Shown here: positions 9,849 through 18,837 of the stretch, piece after piece | Layout of the letters: every line of letters starts with the position of its first letter | Numbering within the stretch: position 1 is the stretch's first letter | Origin: Pseudomonadota bacterium | GTDB taxonomy: Bacteria; Desulfobacterota; Desulfobacteria; Desulfobacterales; RPRI01 | NCBI GenBank assembly: GCA_043825875.1 | Contig: JBDRRF010000095.1 | Coordinates: 1-53,366 of the forward strand | Direction of reading: 5' to 3' | DNA: 53,366 nt | Translations under genes and position numbers: made by a program | The notes under the pieces: model-generated | Told to the model about the DNA's origin: nothing | Database searches by the model: none | What the model saw: only the letters and a program-made list of their open reading frames with translations

Positions 9849-11063
9849 ATGCAGATTGAATTTGAACAACGGGGAAAATACATGCTCCTGCGGGCCAAGG
9901 GTCGACTGGATGCAGTCTGGGCCGAATATTTTGCCGACACCCTTTTACAGCAGGTCCGGGAAGGTCGGCATCACCTGATCATGGATGCTGCGGAGATGAT
10001 TTTTCTCAGTTCCGCCGGGATCCGTTCACTACTAAAGGTCTATAAAGAGCTGCGCACGGTCAACGGCCGCTTTATCATTGTGAATGCCACCGACTTTGTG
10101 AATAAAACCTTGAGCACATCCGGACTTCAGATGCTGCTGGCCGAGGCGCTCCCAAAAGATATGCCGGCCGCCGGATCAACCGATGATGTGGATGAGGGCA
10201 AAGGTTCCGGTATTCAACATTTTATTTTAAATGAGAACTCCACATTAACATTTTCAGAACCAGCCGGCTGGCGTCCCTGGCAGGTGGTCGAAAAAAGCAG
10301 GGTCCAGGCGCTCCCCTTTTCCCAGGACATCTATGCTTTGGGCATCGCAAGTGCTGCCGACACCTTTGATCATGCCCGGAATCAATTTGGGGAATTTCTT
10401 GCGGTGGCCGGCCATGTGGTCTATCAGCCGCCCAATGAACAGGGCCCGCCGGATTATCTGATCGCTGAAAAGCAATTTATTCCCCAAATGCAGTGTATTC
10501 AGGTGTTGCGTTGCAACGGGGGTATGGGGCGCCTGATCCGTTTTGCAGCCACGGATAAAACACCTTTTTTTCCTGTTTCAACTTTATTGAGAAACCTGCT
10601 GGATCAAACGGGCGGAAAAGCCGCGGGCTTTGTCATGCTGGGCGAAATTGAAGGATTGGTGGGAACCGCCCTGATCCGCTCCCCCGGACAGATCCGCGAA
10701 GAACAGGAGATTGTCTTCCCTGAGATCCGGGAGTGGCTCACCTACTGCGGTGAGCGAGCTTATGCCCATCAGCAGGCTCTGTTGATGGGGGTGGTCTCCC
10801 CTACAAGCTCCCCCCTGCTTTTGCCCATGCCGTCGGTACCGGATATGGCCACCCATATTCATGGGGCGGTTTTTCCCTACCAACCCTTGCAGAACGGAAA
10901 GATCGAACTCCAAGGGGCCATTGAGAAGTTTTTTAACGGACCGCCGCCTTTGGCCGTCATGCATCTGGCCGATGATATCCGTCCCGTCATTGGATTGGGA
11001 GAGACAGCCCTGCTTCGGGGCGCCTGCTGGTTCAGCCCCCTGCAAAATCCGGAGGTGTTATAA
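9849..11063 (+). CDS. STAS (anti-anti-sigma) domain fused to a ~290-aa unknown C-terminal domain
   Basis: KGRLDA...MIFLSSAGIRSLL STAS motif with the phospho-acceptor Ser; acidic linker, then unrecognised domain. Confidence 0.8.
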   Translation: MQIEFEQRGKYMLLRAKGRLDAVWAEYFADTLLQQVREGRHHLIMDAAEMIFLSSAGIRSLLKVYKELRTVNGRFIIVNATDFVNKTLSTSGLQMLLAEALPKDMPAAGSTDDVDEGKGSGIQHFILNENSTLTFSEPAGWRPWQVVEKSRVQALPFSQDIYALGIASAADTFDHARNQFGEFLAVAGHVVYQPPNEQGPPDYLIAEKQFIPQMQCIQVLRCNGGMGRLIRFAATDKTPFFPVSTLLRNLLDQTGGKAAGFVMLGEIEGLVGTALIRSPGQIREEQEIVFPEIREWLTYCGERAYAHQQALLMGVVSPTSSPLLLPMPSVPDMATHIHGAVFPYQPLQNGKIELQGAIEKFFNGPPPLAVMHLADDIRPVIGLGETALLRGACWFSPLQNPEVL

Positions 11064-12010
11064 TGAGTCTGGTCATTGGTGCGTTTACCATGGGTCTGAT
11101 TCTTTCGCTGTTGTCTCTGGGCATGCTTATCAGTTTTCGGATGATCCGGTTTACCGATATCACCGTTGACGGCTCCATCACCCTGGGCGCCGCCATATCC
11201 GCCCTGCTGATTTCCCAGGGATATTCTCCCTGGCTGGCGGCACTGACATCCATCATAGCAGGCGCCCTGGCAGGCTCCATCACCGGCATTCTTTACACCC
11301 GGTTTAAAATCCAGGAGATTCTGTCCGGGATTCTGATGATGACGGCGCTCTATTCAATTAATTTGCGGGTCATGGGACGAAGCAATATTCCGTTGTTGGA
11401 CGTTAAAAGCGTATCATCCGGCACGGAAGGAATTTTGTCCGGCATTACGGCCGGCGCGTCACGGATAGAGATCCTGGGATGGCAGGTGCCCACGGGTGAT
11501 TTGGCGGTGTTTATCACCAGCGGCATCATCGTTATCCTGATCGGCCTGCTCCTGCGCTATTTTCTACTCACCCACTACGGCACAGCCTTGAGAGCAGCGG
11601 GGAACAATCCCCAGATGGTGCGGGCCCAAGGTGTCAACAACAACACCATGGTGGTTTTCGGCCTGGCCCTGTCCAACGGACTGGTGGCCTTATCCGGTTC
11701 GCTTCTGGCACAGTATCAGGGATTTGCAGACGTTCAAATGGGGATCGGCATGATGGTCTGGGGACTGGCCAGCATTATCATCGGCGATGCGCTGGTGGGC
11801 CGGGTCGGCATTGGTCTGACCATTGTGGGTGTCATTTTGGGGACCATCCTGTTCCGGCTCCTCATTGCCATTGCCCTGCGGTGGGGGCTGAATCCCAATG
11901 ATCTCAAATTGGTCACTGCTTTCTTTGTTTTTGCCGCACTGGTGGCTCCCGGCGGATTGCGTGCTTTAAGCCACAAGATCAGAGGAGGGCTTGGCCATGC
12001 TGCACATTGA
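11063..12010 (+). CDS. ABC transporter permease (BPD_transp_2 type, partner of TrpX-like binding proteins)
   Basis: DITVDGSITLGAA, ILSGILMMTALYSINLRVMGRSN, QYQGFADVQMGIG. Confidence 0.92.
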   Translation: MSLVIGAFTMGLILSLLSLGMLISFRMIRFTDITVDGSITLGAAISALLISQGYSPWLAALTSIIAGALAGSITGILYTRFKIQEILSGILMMTALYSINLRVMGRSNIPLLDVKSVSSGTEGILSGITAGASRIEILGWQVPTGDLAVFITSGIIVILIGLLLRYFLLTHYGTALRAAGNNPQMVRAQGVNNNTMVVFGLALSNGLVALSGSLLAQYQGFADVQMGIGMMVWGLASIIIGDALVGRVGIGLTIVGVILGTILFRLLIAIALRWGLNPNDLKLVTAFFVFAALVAPGGLRALSHKIRGGLGHAAH

Positions 12011-12809
12011 ATCCATCTCTAAAACCTTCCATGCCCACACGGCCAATGAAGTCCGGGCCCTTACGGGGGTCTCTCTCGCCCTGGAAAAGGGAAGCTTTAC
12101 CGGCATCATCGGCACCAATGGTTCAGGAAAAAGCACGCTGTTGAATGCGGTGGCCGGCACATTCGCACCGGATGCGGGCAGCATTCATCTGGCTGGGCAC
12201 GACATCACCTGCTGGCCGGAATACAAACGTGCCGCCCTGATCGGGCGCGTCTTCCAGGATCCCTTTGCAGGCACTGCGCCGGACATGACCATTGTGGAAA
12301 ATATCGTCATTGCCACCCGACGGGGGGAACGCAGGTCCTTGCGTTTGGCCGTGACCCGGGCGTTTCGCGACAGTGTGGCCGACCGGGTCCGGACCCTGAA
12401 AATGGGACTTGAAGACCGGTTAGACAACCCCATGGGGACCCTCTCCGGCGGCCAACGCCAGGCCTTGACCCTGCTCATGGCCGCCTGGACACGACCGAAC
12501 CTGCTTCTTTTGGATGAACATACCGCGGCGCTGGATCCCAAAAGCGCTGCCAAGATTGCGGAACTGACGAAAATCATCATTGAACAGGAAAAACTCACCG
12601 CCCTCATGGTCACCCACTCCATGCAACAGGCCGTGGAACTCCCGGACCGCATTATCATGATGCACCGGGGAAACATTGTAGAAGACTATCAACATGAACG
12701 CAAACAGCGGGTCCGCGTCCCCGACCTGATGGCCACCTTTGACCGGGTTCAGAAACGGGAACTCTTTGACGAATCCGTTGCCGGGGTGCTGAAAGGACAG
12801 TATCGCTGA
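11997..12809 (+). CDS. ABC transporter ATP-binding protein
   Basis: GTNGSGKST, LSGGQRQ, LLLDEHTAALDP; ATG 11997 after GAGGAGG. Confidence 0.93.
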   Translation: MLHIESISKTFHAHTANEVRALTGVSLALEKGSFTGIIGTNGSGKSTLLNAVAGTFAPDAGSIHLAGHDITCWPEYKRAALIGRVFQDPFAGTAPDMTIVENIVIATRRGERRSLRLAVTRAFRDSVADRVRTLKMGLEDRLDNPMGTLSGGQRQALTLLMAAWTRPNLLLLDEHTAALDPKSAAKIAELTKIIIEQEKLTALMVTHSMQQAVELPDRIIMMHRGNIVEDYQHERKQRVRVPDLMATFDRVQKRELFDESVAGVLKGQYR

Positions 12810-12866
12810 TGCCCCTGTCACGTAAAATTGAAATTTTAACAACTATTTAAAAAAGGGAGTTAAACG

Positions 12867-13652
12867 ATGACAAAAAAAATCACCCATGTCTTCTTGATAT
12901 TAGGCGTCGCAACGCTATTCATAACCGCGGTTGGATGCAGTGAAAGAAGCAAAATAACAAACCTTTCCCAGTTAAAAGGAAAGGAATTTGCCGTTCCTAC
13001 CGGCACGATTGCCGATGCATTGGTATTATCAAAAATACCGGATGCCAAATTCAAATACTTCAACAGTGTTCTTGATGCATGCCTGGCCGTAAAGGGCGGC
13101 AAGGCCGACGCCGCTGCTTACGATGAGCCCATATTAAAAAATATTGCCGCTAAAAATTCCGGCTTGAGGGTTCTTCCCCAGATGATTACGACAGATAACT
13201 ACGGCTTTGCCGTGCGGATGGAAGACAAAGCGCTCAAAAATGCAATTGACAATGTTCTCTCGCAATTAAAATCAAGCGGCGGATATGATTCAATGCTCAA
13301 ACGCTGGCTGCCGGAGCATGGCGCGCCTAAAGCGATGCCGGTTATCGAAACGGGAACGGATGGCGTGCTTAAATTCGGCACCTCGGCAATTACCGAACCG
13401 TTTTCGTTTGTCGATGGATCACAACAAATTGTGGGAATAGATATTGAAATCGCCTCACTGGTTGCCAAAAAAATGAACAAGAAGCTCAAAATCATAAATA
13501 TGGATTTTGGTGCGATGATTCCGGCTCTGGTAGCGCAAAAAGTGGATATGATCGGCGCATGTATCACCATAACGGAAGAACGCTCAAAGAAGGTACTCTT
13601 TTCAGAACCGTATTATACGGGTGGCATTGCTGCACTCGTTAAAGCGCAATAG
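12867..13652 (+). CDS. Polar amino-acid ABC substrate-binding lipoprotein (SBP_bac_3), circularly permuted
   Basis: Lipobox AVGC; LKGKEFAVPTGT lobe precedes the PFSF...GIDIEIA...ITITEER...FSEPYY lobe. Confidence 0.88.
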   Translation: MTKKITHVFLILGVATLFITAVGCSERSKITNLSQLKGKEFAVPTGTIADALVLSKIPDAKFKYFNSVLDACLAVKGGKADAAAYDEPILKNIAAKNSGLRVLPQMITTDNYGFAVRMEDKALKNAIDNVLSQLKSSGGYDSMLKRWLPEHGAPKAMPVIETGTDGVLKFGTSAITEPFSFVDGSQQIVGIDIEIASLVAKKMNKKLKIINMDFGAMIPALVAQKVDMIGACITITEERSKKVLFSEPYYTGGIAALVKAQ

Positions 13653-13658
13653 GTTTGT

Positions 13659-14543
13659 ATGAACTCTCTTTTTCGACATTCAGTGCTGTTTCTGGTTTTC
13701 TTTTTTTGTTTCACAACTATCGCTTTTGCGCTGCCACGGGAACAAGCCGATATCATAAAACCCTTATCATTAACAATAGGTAAGCTCAACGCCTTTGGCG
13801 TTGATTTTACGGCAGGTATCACTGCGCTGATTTCGAGCAAAGCAAGATCAATTACAGACGGTATAGCTGAAAGCTTTTACAGTAACATCCTCCAGGAGAG
13901 ACGTTATTTATTAATCCTCGATGGCCTGAAGGCCACCATGGTTATATCGGTGTTGGCAACCCTTTTAGGGACGCTGCTGGGCGGAATAATATGCTTTATG
14001 CGAATGTCGGGTAAAAAACTACTACAGGTGCCGGCAAAAATATACATCTCGATCTTAAGGGGTACGCCGGTACTGGTGGTTTTAATGCTCATATTTTACG
14101 TCGTCTTTGCTTCGGTGGATATTGACCCTTTGTTTGTTGCTGTCATTGCATTTGGATTGAACTTTGCTGCTTATGTTTCCGAAATGTTTCGAACCGGTAT
14201 CGAAGGCATCGACAGCGGGCAGACCGAGGCGGGTATCGCCCTGGGCTTTACAAGGGTAAAAACGTTTATATACATCGTCATGCCCCAGGCAGTACGCAGG
14301 ATACTGCCGGTTTACAAAGGAGAGATGATCTCCCTGGTGAAGATGACTTCCATTGTCGGTTATATCGCCGTGCAGGATTTAACCAAAGCCAGCGATATCA
14401 TCCGAAGCCGTACCTTTGATGCTTTTTTCCCGTTAATTATGGTGGCCGTCCTGTACTACCTGATCTGCTGGCTACTGATGTTCTCGTTGGAATATGTGGA
14501 ACAGATAATCAATCCAAAACGTAAAACAACCCAGGCATCCTGA
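13659..14543 (+). CDS. Polar amino-acid ABC permease (HisM/GlnP type) with N-terminal extension
   Basis: [34 protein letters not shown] (EAA loop), [17 protein letters not shown]. Confidence 0.92.
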   Translation: MNSLFRHSVLFLVFFFCFTTIAFALPREQADIIKPLSLTIGKLNAFGVDFTAGITALISSKARSITDGIAESFYSNILQERRYLLILDGLKATMVISVLATLLGTLLGGIICFMRMSGKKLLQVPAKIYISILRGTPVLVVLMLIFYVVFASVDIDPLFVAVIAFGLNFAAYVSEMFRTGIEGIDSGQTEAGIALGFTRVKTFIYIVMPQAVRRILPVYKGEMISLVKMTSIVGYIAVQDLTKASDIIRSRTFDAFFPLIMVAVLYYLICWLLMFSLEYVEQIINPKRKTTQAS

Positions 14544-14545
14544 AG

Positions 14546-15634
14546 ATGATAAGCGTTGAACATTTAGAAAAAAAATTTGGGGACCTCACGGTTTTAAAAG
14601 ATATAAACGTTGAAATCAGAAAGGGTGAGGTCATTTCGATCATCGGTCCTTCCGGAACAGGTAAAAGTACCTTTCTGCGCTGCCTTAACCTGCTTGATAC
14701 GCCCACTGGCGGGAAAATATGTATAGACGGTACAGATATTCTGGATAAGAAGATCAATGTACCCAGGATGCGTCAAAAAATGGGGATGGTTTTCCAGTCG
14801 TTTAATCTTTTTAATCACTTTTCCGCTCTTGAGAACTTAACCATCGGCCCCATTAAATTGCTCGGGAAAAAAAAGGAACAGGCGGACAAACGGGCCATGG
14901 AACTTCTAAACATGGTTGGGCTTGCGGAAAAAGCGAACAGTTTTGCAGATGAACTGTCGGGAGGCCAGAAGCAAAGGATCGCCATCGCAAGATGTCTTTC
15001 CATGGAACCGGAAATTATCCTTTTTGATGAACCGACTTCCGCGCTTGATCCAACAATGGTTAGCGAAGTGCTTGCCGTTATCCGGCGCCTTGCAAGAGAA
15101 GGCATGACACTGGTCATCGTCACTCACGAAATGGATTTTGCGCGCGATGTATCCCATCGGGTTTTTTATATGGACGAGGGGTATATCTACGAAGAGGGCC
15201 CGCCGGAGCAGATATTTGAAAACCCGCGGAAAGAAAAGACCGGCGCCTTTATCAACAGGGTTCGGAGTTTTAACTATTGCATCGATAGCCCGCAGTTCGA
15301 TTTGTATAAGATGAACGCCGAGATAGAGCGGTTTTGCGAAAAACATGTTTTTTCACGAAAATTGATGAACGATATTTTGCTCATTGTTGAAGAACTTTTG
15401 ATTTTGCATAAAGCCCAATCAACACTATTTGATGTTGATTTGAAGATCGCCTACTCGGAAAAATTCAATAACATTGAAATTATTTTTGAATATACCGGTG
15501 AACATGGAAATATGCTCGAAAAAGCCGAACCCGATGACTTCGGTGTCAATATCATCAAAAACAAAGTTGAAAAAATAGTATTTCAACACGCTAACCAAAG
15601 AAACAAATTGCGTATGTTTGTAAAGATGAGCTGA
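14546..15634 (+). CDS. Polar amino-acid ABC ATPase (GlnQ-like) with a C-terminal RsbW/HATPase-like extension
   Basis: [32 protein letters not shown]; extra ~120 aa after the usual GlnQ end. Confidence 0.92.
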   Translation: MISVEHLEKKFGDLTVLKDINVEIRKGEVISIIGPSGTGKSTFLRCLNLLDTPTGGKICIDGTDILDKKINVPRMRQKMGMVFQSFNLFNHFSALENLTIGPIKLLGKKKEQADKRAMELLNMVGLAEKANSFADELSGGQKQRIAIARCLSMEPEIILFDEPTSALDPTMVSEVLAVIRRLAREGMTLVIVTHEMDFARDVSHRVFYMDEGYIYEEGPPEQIFENPRKEKTGAFINRVRSFNYCIDSPQFDLYKMNAEIERFCEKHVFSRKLMNDILLIVEELLILHKAQSTLFDVDLKIAYSEKFNNIEIIFEYTGEHGNMLEKAEPDDFGVNIIKNKVEKIVFQHANQRNKLRMFVKMS

Positions 15635-15699
15635 ACAATTCGCACAGAACACGGGACCCAGCATGGAATCAATATGCCATTTAATAATTTTGAGAAACA

Positions 15700-15987
15700 C
15701 CCAAACCGTCATGCCGGACTTGATAAGCCTGCCCCGGCAAGCTTGAAGCCGGGGGTATCCAGAACCCAATGGAATTACTGGTTAGCGCTGAAGCTTCACT
15801 GCGTGCCCGGCCTTCGAGACTGTGTCGCAATTCATTTTTGTGTCATTTCAAATCGAAGCGAGAAATCTTGGTTTTAATAAATTCAGAACGTTAAGATTCA
15901 TCACATAAGTTCGGAATGACATTTTTTCTAATTACGACACAGTCTGTTCGCCGGAATGACAAATGTGGAGTTTTCCAGCTTTTTACA
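15700..15987. repeat. GTCATGCCGG...CCGGAATGAC REP/MITE-type palindromic element carrying nested insertions
   Basis: CGTCATGCCGGACTTGAT...CCGGAATGACAAA..GGAGTTTT.CAGCTTTT; the right end recurs at 29532-29567. Confidence 0.65.
15816..15946. mobile_element. MITE nested in the REP element
   Basis: TIRs AGACTGTGTCGCAATT (15817-15832) / AATTACGACACAGTCT (15930-15945), 1 mismatch; TTC duplicated on both flanks. Confidence 0.7.
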
Positions 15988-16046
15988 TGTCTATGTAATC
16001 CAAATGCGGTTACCCTGCGTCAAAATTGTATTTTTATTTCTTTTCA

Positions 16047-16069
16047 AGTATGATATAAGTTATCATACT
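16047..16069. promoter_or_regulatory. Putative operator palindrome upstream of the 16.1-28.5 kb operon
   Basis: AGTATGATA-taagt-TATCATACT, perfect 9-bp inverted repeat. Confidence 0.45.
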
Positions 16070-16144
16070 GAGTAGATCAATAATAGACATCAGGGAATGT
16101 TGTTCCTTTTCATTTGTTGTAATTGGGGAGCTATCAGGCAGCAT

Positions 16145-16342
16145 ATGAAAATCATCTAAGACAAATATCCATCAGACATTTGAACTGGCCTTGTCGGCAA
16201 TAAAACAAGGCAACCATCCTTTCGGCAATAACAGGCTTTATAATACTTTTCCATCAAGAGATTTTTTCCGTCCGGGACCGGAATTGAAATTGTCGGGCCA
16301 CTGTTGGAGGAAGAAGCAGCATAGGCAGTATGGAAATATAAA
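16145..16342 (+). pseudogene. Relic of a nucleoside/nucleobase deaminase (cytidine-deaminase fold, GuaD/TadA-like)
   Basis: IHQTFELALSAIKQGNHPFG (N-terminal motif) and, in another frame, IEIVGPLLEEEAA (C-terminal motif); the HAE and PCxxC core is deleted; stops and frameshifts present. Confidence 0.6.
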
Positions 16343-16390
16343 CACCGTCAGCAAGAACGGGCAGTATCTGAATAGATATCGGAGGTGTTG

Positions 16391-17707
16391 ATGTTGAGAA
16401 AACCTGACAAAAAGCTTCTTATAAAAATCCCTGTTGAAGGCGCTTTTATTCCCCTGGCTGTGTCCTTCGTTGAACTTGCGGCGAAGGGACTGGGACTGGA
16501 TGAGGAAGCAGCGCAAGAGTTATCATTGGCTGCAGAAGAAGTTATTGCCTATCTGACCGGTATTGGTATCAGCGGACAGGATGTTGTAATTCAATGCTCG
16601 GCCGGGAGTCATTTTATCAAAACCGAGTTTTCACTTCCTGTTCAAAATATACAGTTGCATGCCTTCAATATGACTGCCAAGGTGAGTACCGAAGACGAGG
16701 CTTGCCTCGATCAGATGGGACTATTAATTGCCTCCAGAATGACCGATCGTTTTCGAATTTCCCGTCCGGCTGATGGTAATCTGGAGTTGACCCTTGTCAA
16801 ATTATTGCGCTATCCCGAGATCAAAGAAGAGACTGATATCCAGACCCCCAAAGCCCTGACAACTTTCAGTATTCAAACACCGGATTCGGCACAAATCAAA
16901 TGGTTTGTCCGCATGGTGAACCAATTCTATCCGGCAAAGCTTTTCCCTGTGGATTTAAGATATCCGGGAAGAGTTGTTGATATGGCTGCTGCCGGAGATT
17001 ACCATATCCTCCTGGCCAACGGGTCTACCGGTGAGATTGGTGGCGGTTTGGCCTGGAAATGGGAAGGTTCCAAGACCATCGAAGTTTTCGGCCCTTACAT
17101 TTTTAACACAAACAGTCATCCGGAAATGGCCCGGGAACTTATGGAAACTTGCATTGGAAACATTGCGAAAACCCCGGCATTAGCCCTTATCAGCCGAATG
17201 CCGACACCGCAGCTTCCTGAAGGATACCTTGAGATTCTGGGTAGCCTGAATGCCTTAGGGCCGGATGGTGGCGCACCCTTAACCGCTCTTTTCAGGTTGA
17301 TGCATGAAGATTCCGGCTCAGTGGTATGGGCTCATCCCGATCTGGTCGGATTTCTTCAAAGCGAATACCGTCGTTTGGTCTTTCTCCGTGAAATTCAGAC
17401 AGTCTTATCAGATGGCGAGGCAGAAGAACCTTTTTCCGTTTTAAGTGCCGAAACAGATCGCCACCTTGCTGTTACAACATTAAGACCGATATGGTACGGA
17501 AAGGATTGTGAGAAGATCCTGGCGGATCATGTTAAATTACTGCGGCAGGAATCGATGAGTGCTATCTTCTTCGAAATGGATTTAGGGCTTTCATGGCAGA
17601 CCGGTTTCACCCCGGGGTTGCTTAAGCTCGGGTTTATACCCCGCATGATTATCCCTTATGCCGGAAAGGCAGACCTTGTAATTTTTGAGCTGGAAGGCGA
17701 ATCATGA
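16391..17707 (+). CDS. Degenerate RsbW/HATPase-like domain fused to a GNAT-like region
   Basis: LGLDEEAAQELSLAAEEV...QMGLLIASRMTDRF...LTLVK N-terminal domain; C-terminal part resembles the GNAT-like protein at 23760; ATG 16391 after GGAGG. Confidence 0.7.
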   Translation: MLRKPDKKLLIKIPVEGAFIPLAVSFVELAAKGLGLDEEAAQELSLAAEEVIAYLTGIGISGQDVVIQCSAGSHFIKTEFSLPVQNIQLHAFNMTAKVSTEDEACLDQMGLLIASRMTDRFRISRPADGNLELTLVKLLRYPEIKEETDIQTPKALTTFSIQTPDSAQIKWFVRMVNQFYPAKLFPVDLRYPGRVVDMAAAGDYHILLANGSTGEIGGGLAWKWEGSKTIEVFGPYIFNTNSHPEMARELMETCIGNIAKTPALALISRMPTPQLPEGYLEILGSLNALGPDGGAPLTALFRLMHEDSGSVVWAHPDLVGFLQSEYRRLVFLREIQTVLSDGEAEEPFSVLSAETDRHLAVTTLRPIWYGKDCEKILADHVKLLRQESMSAIFFEMDLGLSWQTGFTPGLLKLGFIPRMIIPYAGKADLVIFELEGES

Positions 17708-18837
17708 AGCATTGCGACTTGATGAAAAATACGCACATTGAACGTCTGGTGCCGGACCATATAAAACGCTTTGAAGCCTATATCCCCAGCAAGCCCGATG
17801 ATGTGCTGATGAAAATGGCAGGATGCTCCCGGCTTATTCGCCTTAATAATAATGAAAACCCTCTGGGGCCGCCGCTGGCCGCCCGCAGAATCATTGAAGC
17901 CTATCCTTCCCTCAGGGCATCGGTTTATCCCAGCGGTGATGCCTACCATCTGCGATGTAAGCTTGGTGATCTTTTCGGCCTTCATCCGGACCAGATTCTT
18001 GTGGGAAACGGCGCCAACGAGGTTATCGGCTTTGTCATCAAGGCTTTTTGTCAGGAAGGAGACAATATCATCACTGCCGACAAAACCTTTGCGGTCTATG
18101 AATGGGTGGCGAGCTTTTCCGGTTTTGAGGCCCGGCTTGTACCGTTAAAAGATTTTACCTTTGATGATGAGGGTATGCTAAGCCTTATGGATGAGCGAAC
18201 CAAGATATTTTTTGTTTGCAATCCCAATAACCCCACCGGTACTTACTGGTCGGAAGAGCGGCTTCGCAGGTTTCTGGATCGGGTGGCCGGCAGACAAATC
18301 GTGGTTGTGGACGAGGCATATTGCGAGTTTGTGGAGCAAGCGGACTTTCCGGACAGTATGCGCCTTATCGCCGAATACCCCAATCTTGTTATCTTCAGAA
18401 CCTTTTCAAAAATGTATGCACTGGCCGGGCTTCGTATAGGGTATCTGGCCGGAAATCGGGAGGTTGTGGATATAATTCGGCGAACTTGTGTCGTTTACTC
18501 GGTAAACGGTCTGGCTCAGGAAGCGGCATATGTTGCAATAGAAGATAAAGAGCATGTCCTTGCAACGCGGACTTTGGTTCGAAATGCCAAGGCCTTGCTT
18601 ACCCGTGAGCTTGATAATCTTGGACTGACCTATGTCTCGGGTGAGGGTAATTTTCTGATGGTGAGACTTCCCATGAGCGATAGCCTGGCATACCGGAAAC
18701 TGATGACACACGGTGTGATGGTGCGCAGTATGGCCGGATTTCGCTTTCCCAACTGGATCCGTATTACGATTGCGTTGCCAGAGGCCATGAACGCCCTCAT
18801 GGAGGCGCTTTTTGAGGTGGTGAAGCATGACCGATAA
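17704..18837 (+). CDS. hisC: Histidinol-phosphate aminotransferase-like PLP enzyme (class I/II)
   Basis: LNNNENPLG, GNGANE, CNPNNPTG, VDEAYCEF, RTFSKMYALAGLRIGY (PLP lysine); context is not a his operon, so the substrate may differ. Confidence 0.8.
   Translation: MKHCDLMKNTHIERLVPDHIKRFEAYIPSKPDDVLMKMAGCSRLIRLNNNENPLGPPLAARRIIEAYPSLRASVYPSGDAYHLRCKLGDLFGLHPDQILVGNGANEVIGFVIKAFCQEGDNIITADKTFAVYEWVASFSGFEARLVPLKDFTFDDEGMLSLMDERTKIFFVCNPNNPTGTYWSEERLRRFLDRVAGRQIVVVDEAYCEFVEQADFPDSMRLIAEYPNLVIFRTFSKMYALAGLRIGYLAGNREVVDIIRRTCVVYSVNGLAQEAAYVAIEDKEHVLATRTLVRNAKALLTRELDNLGLTYVSGEGNFLMVRLPMSDSLAYRKLMTHGVMVRSMAGFRFPNWIRITIALPEAMNALMEALFEVVKHDR

Noticed and set aside
13650..13661. In-frame TAG between the binding protein and permease as possible pyrrolysine or read-through fusion
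   Set aside because: The downstream gene has its own ATG and signal-peptide-like start, and no pyl genes are in the window; in-frame spacing is a 1-in-3 chance
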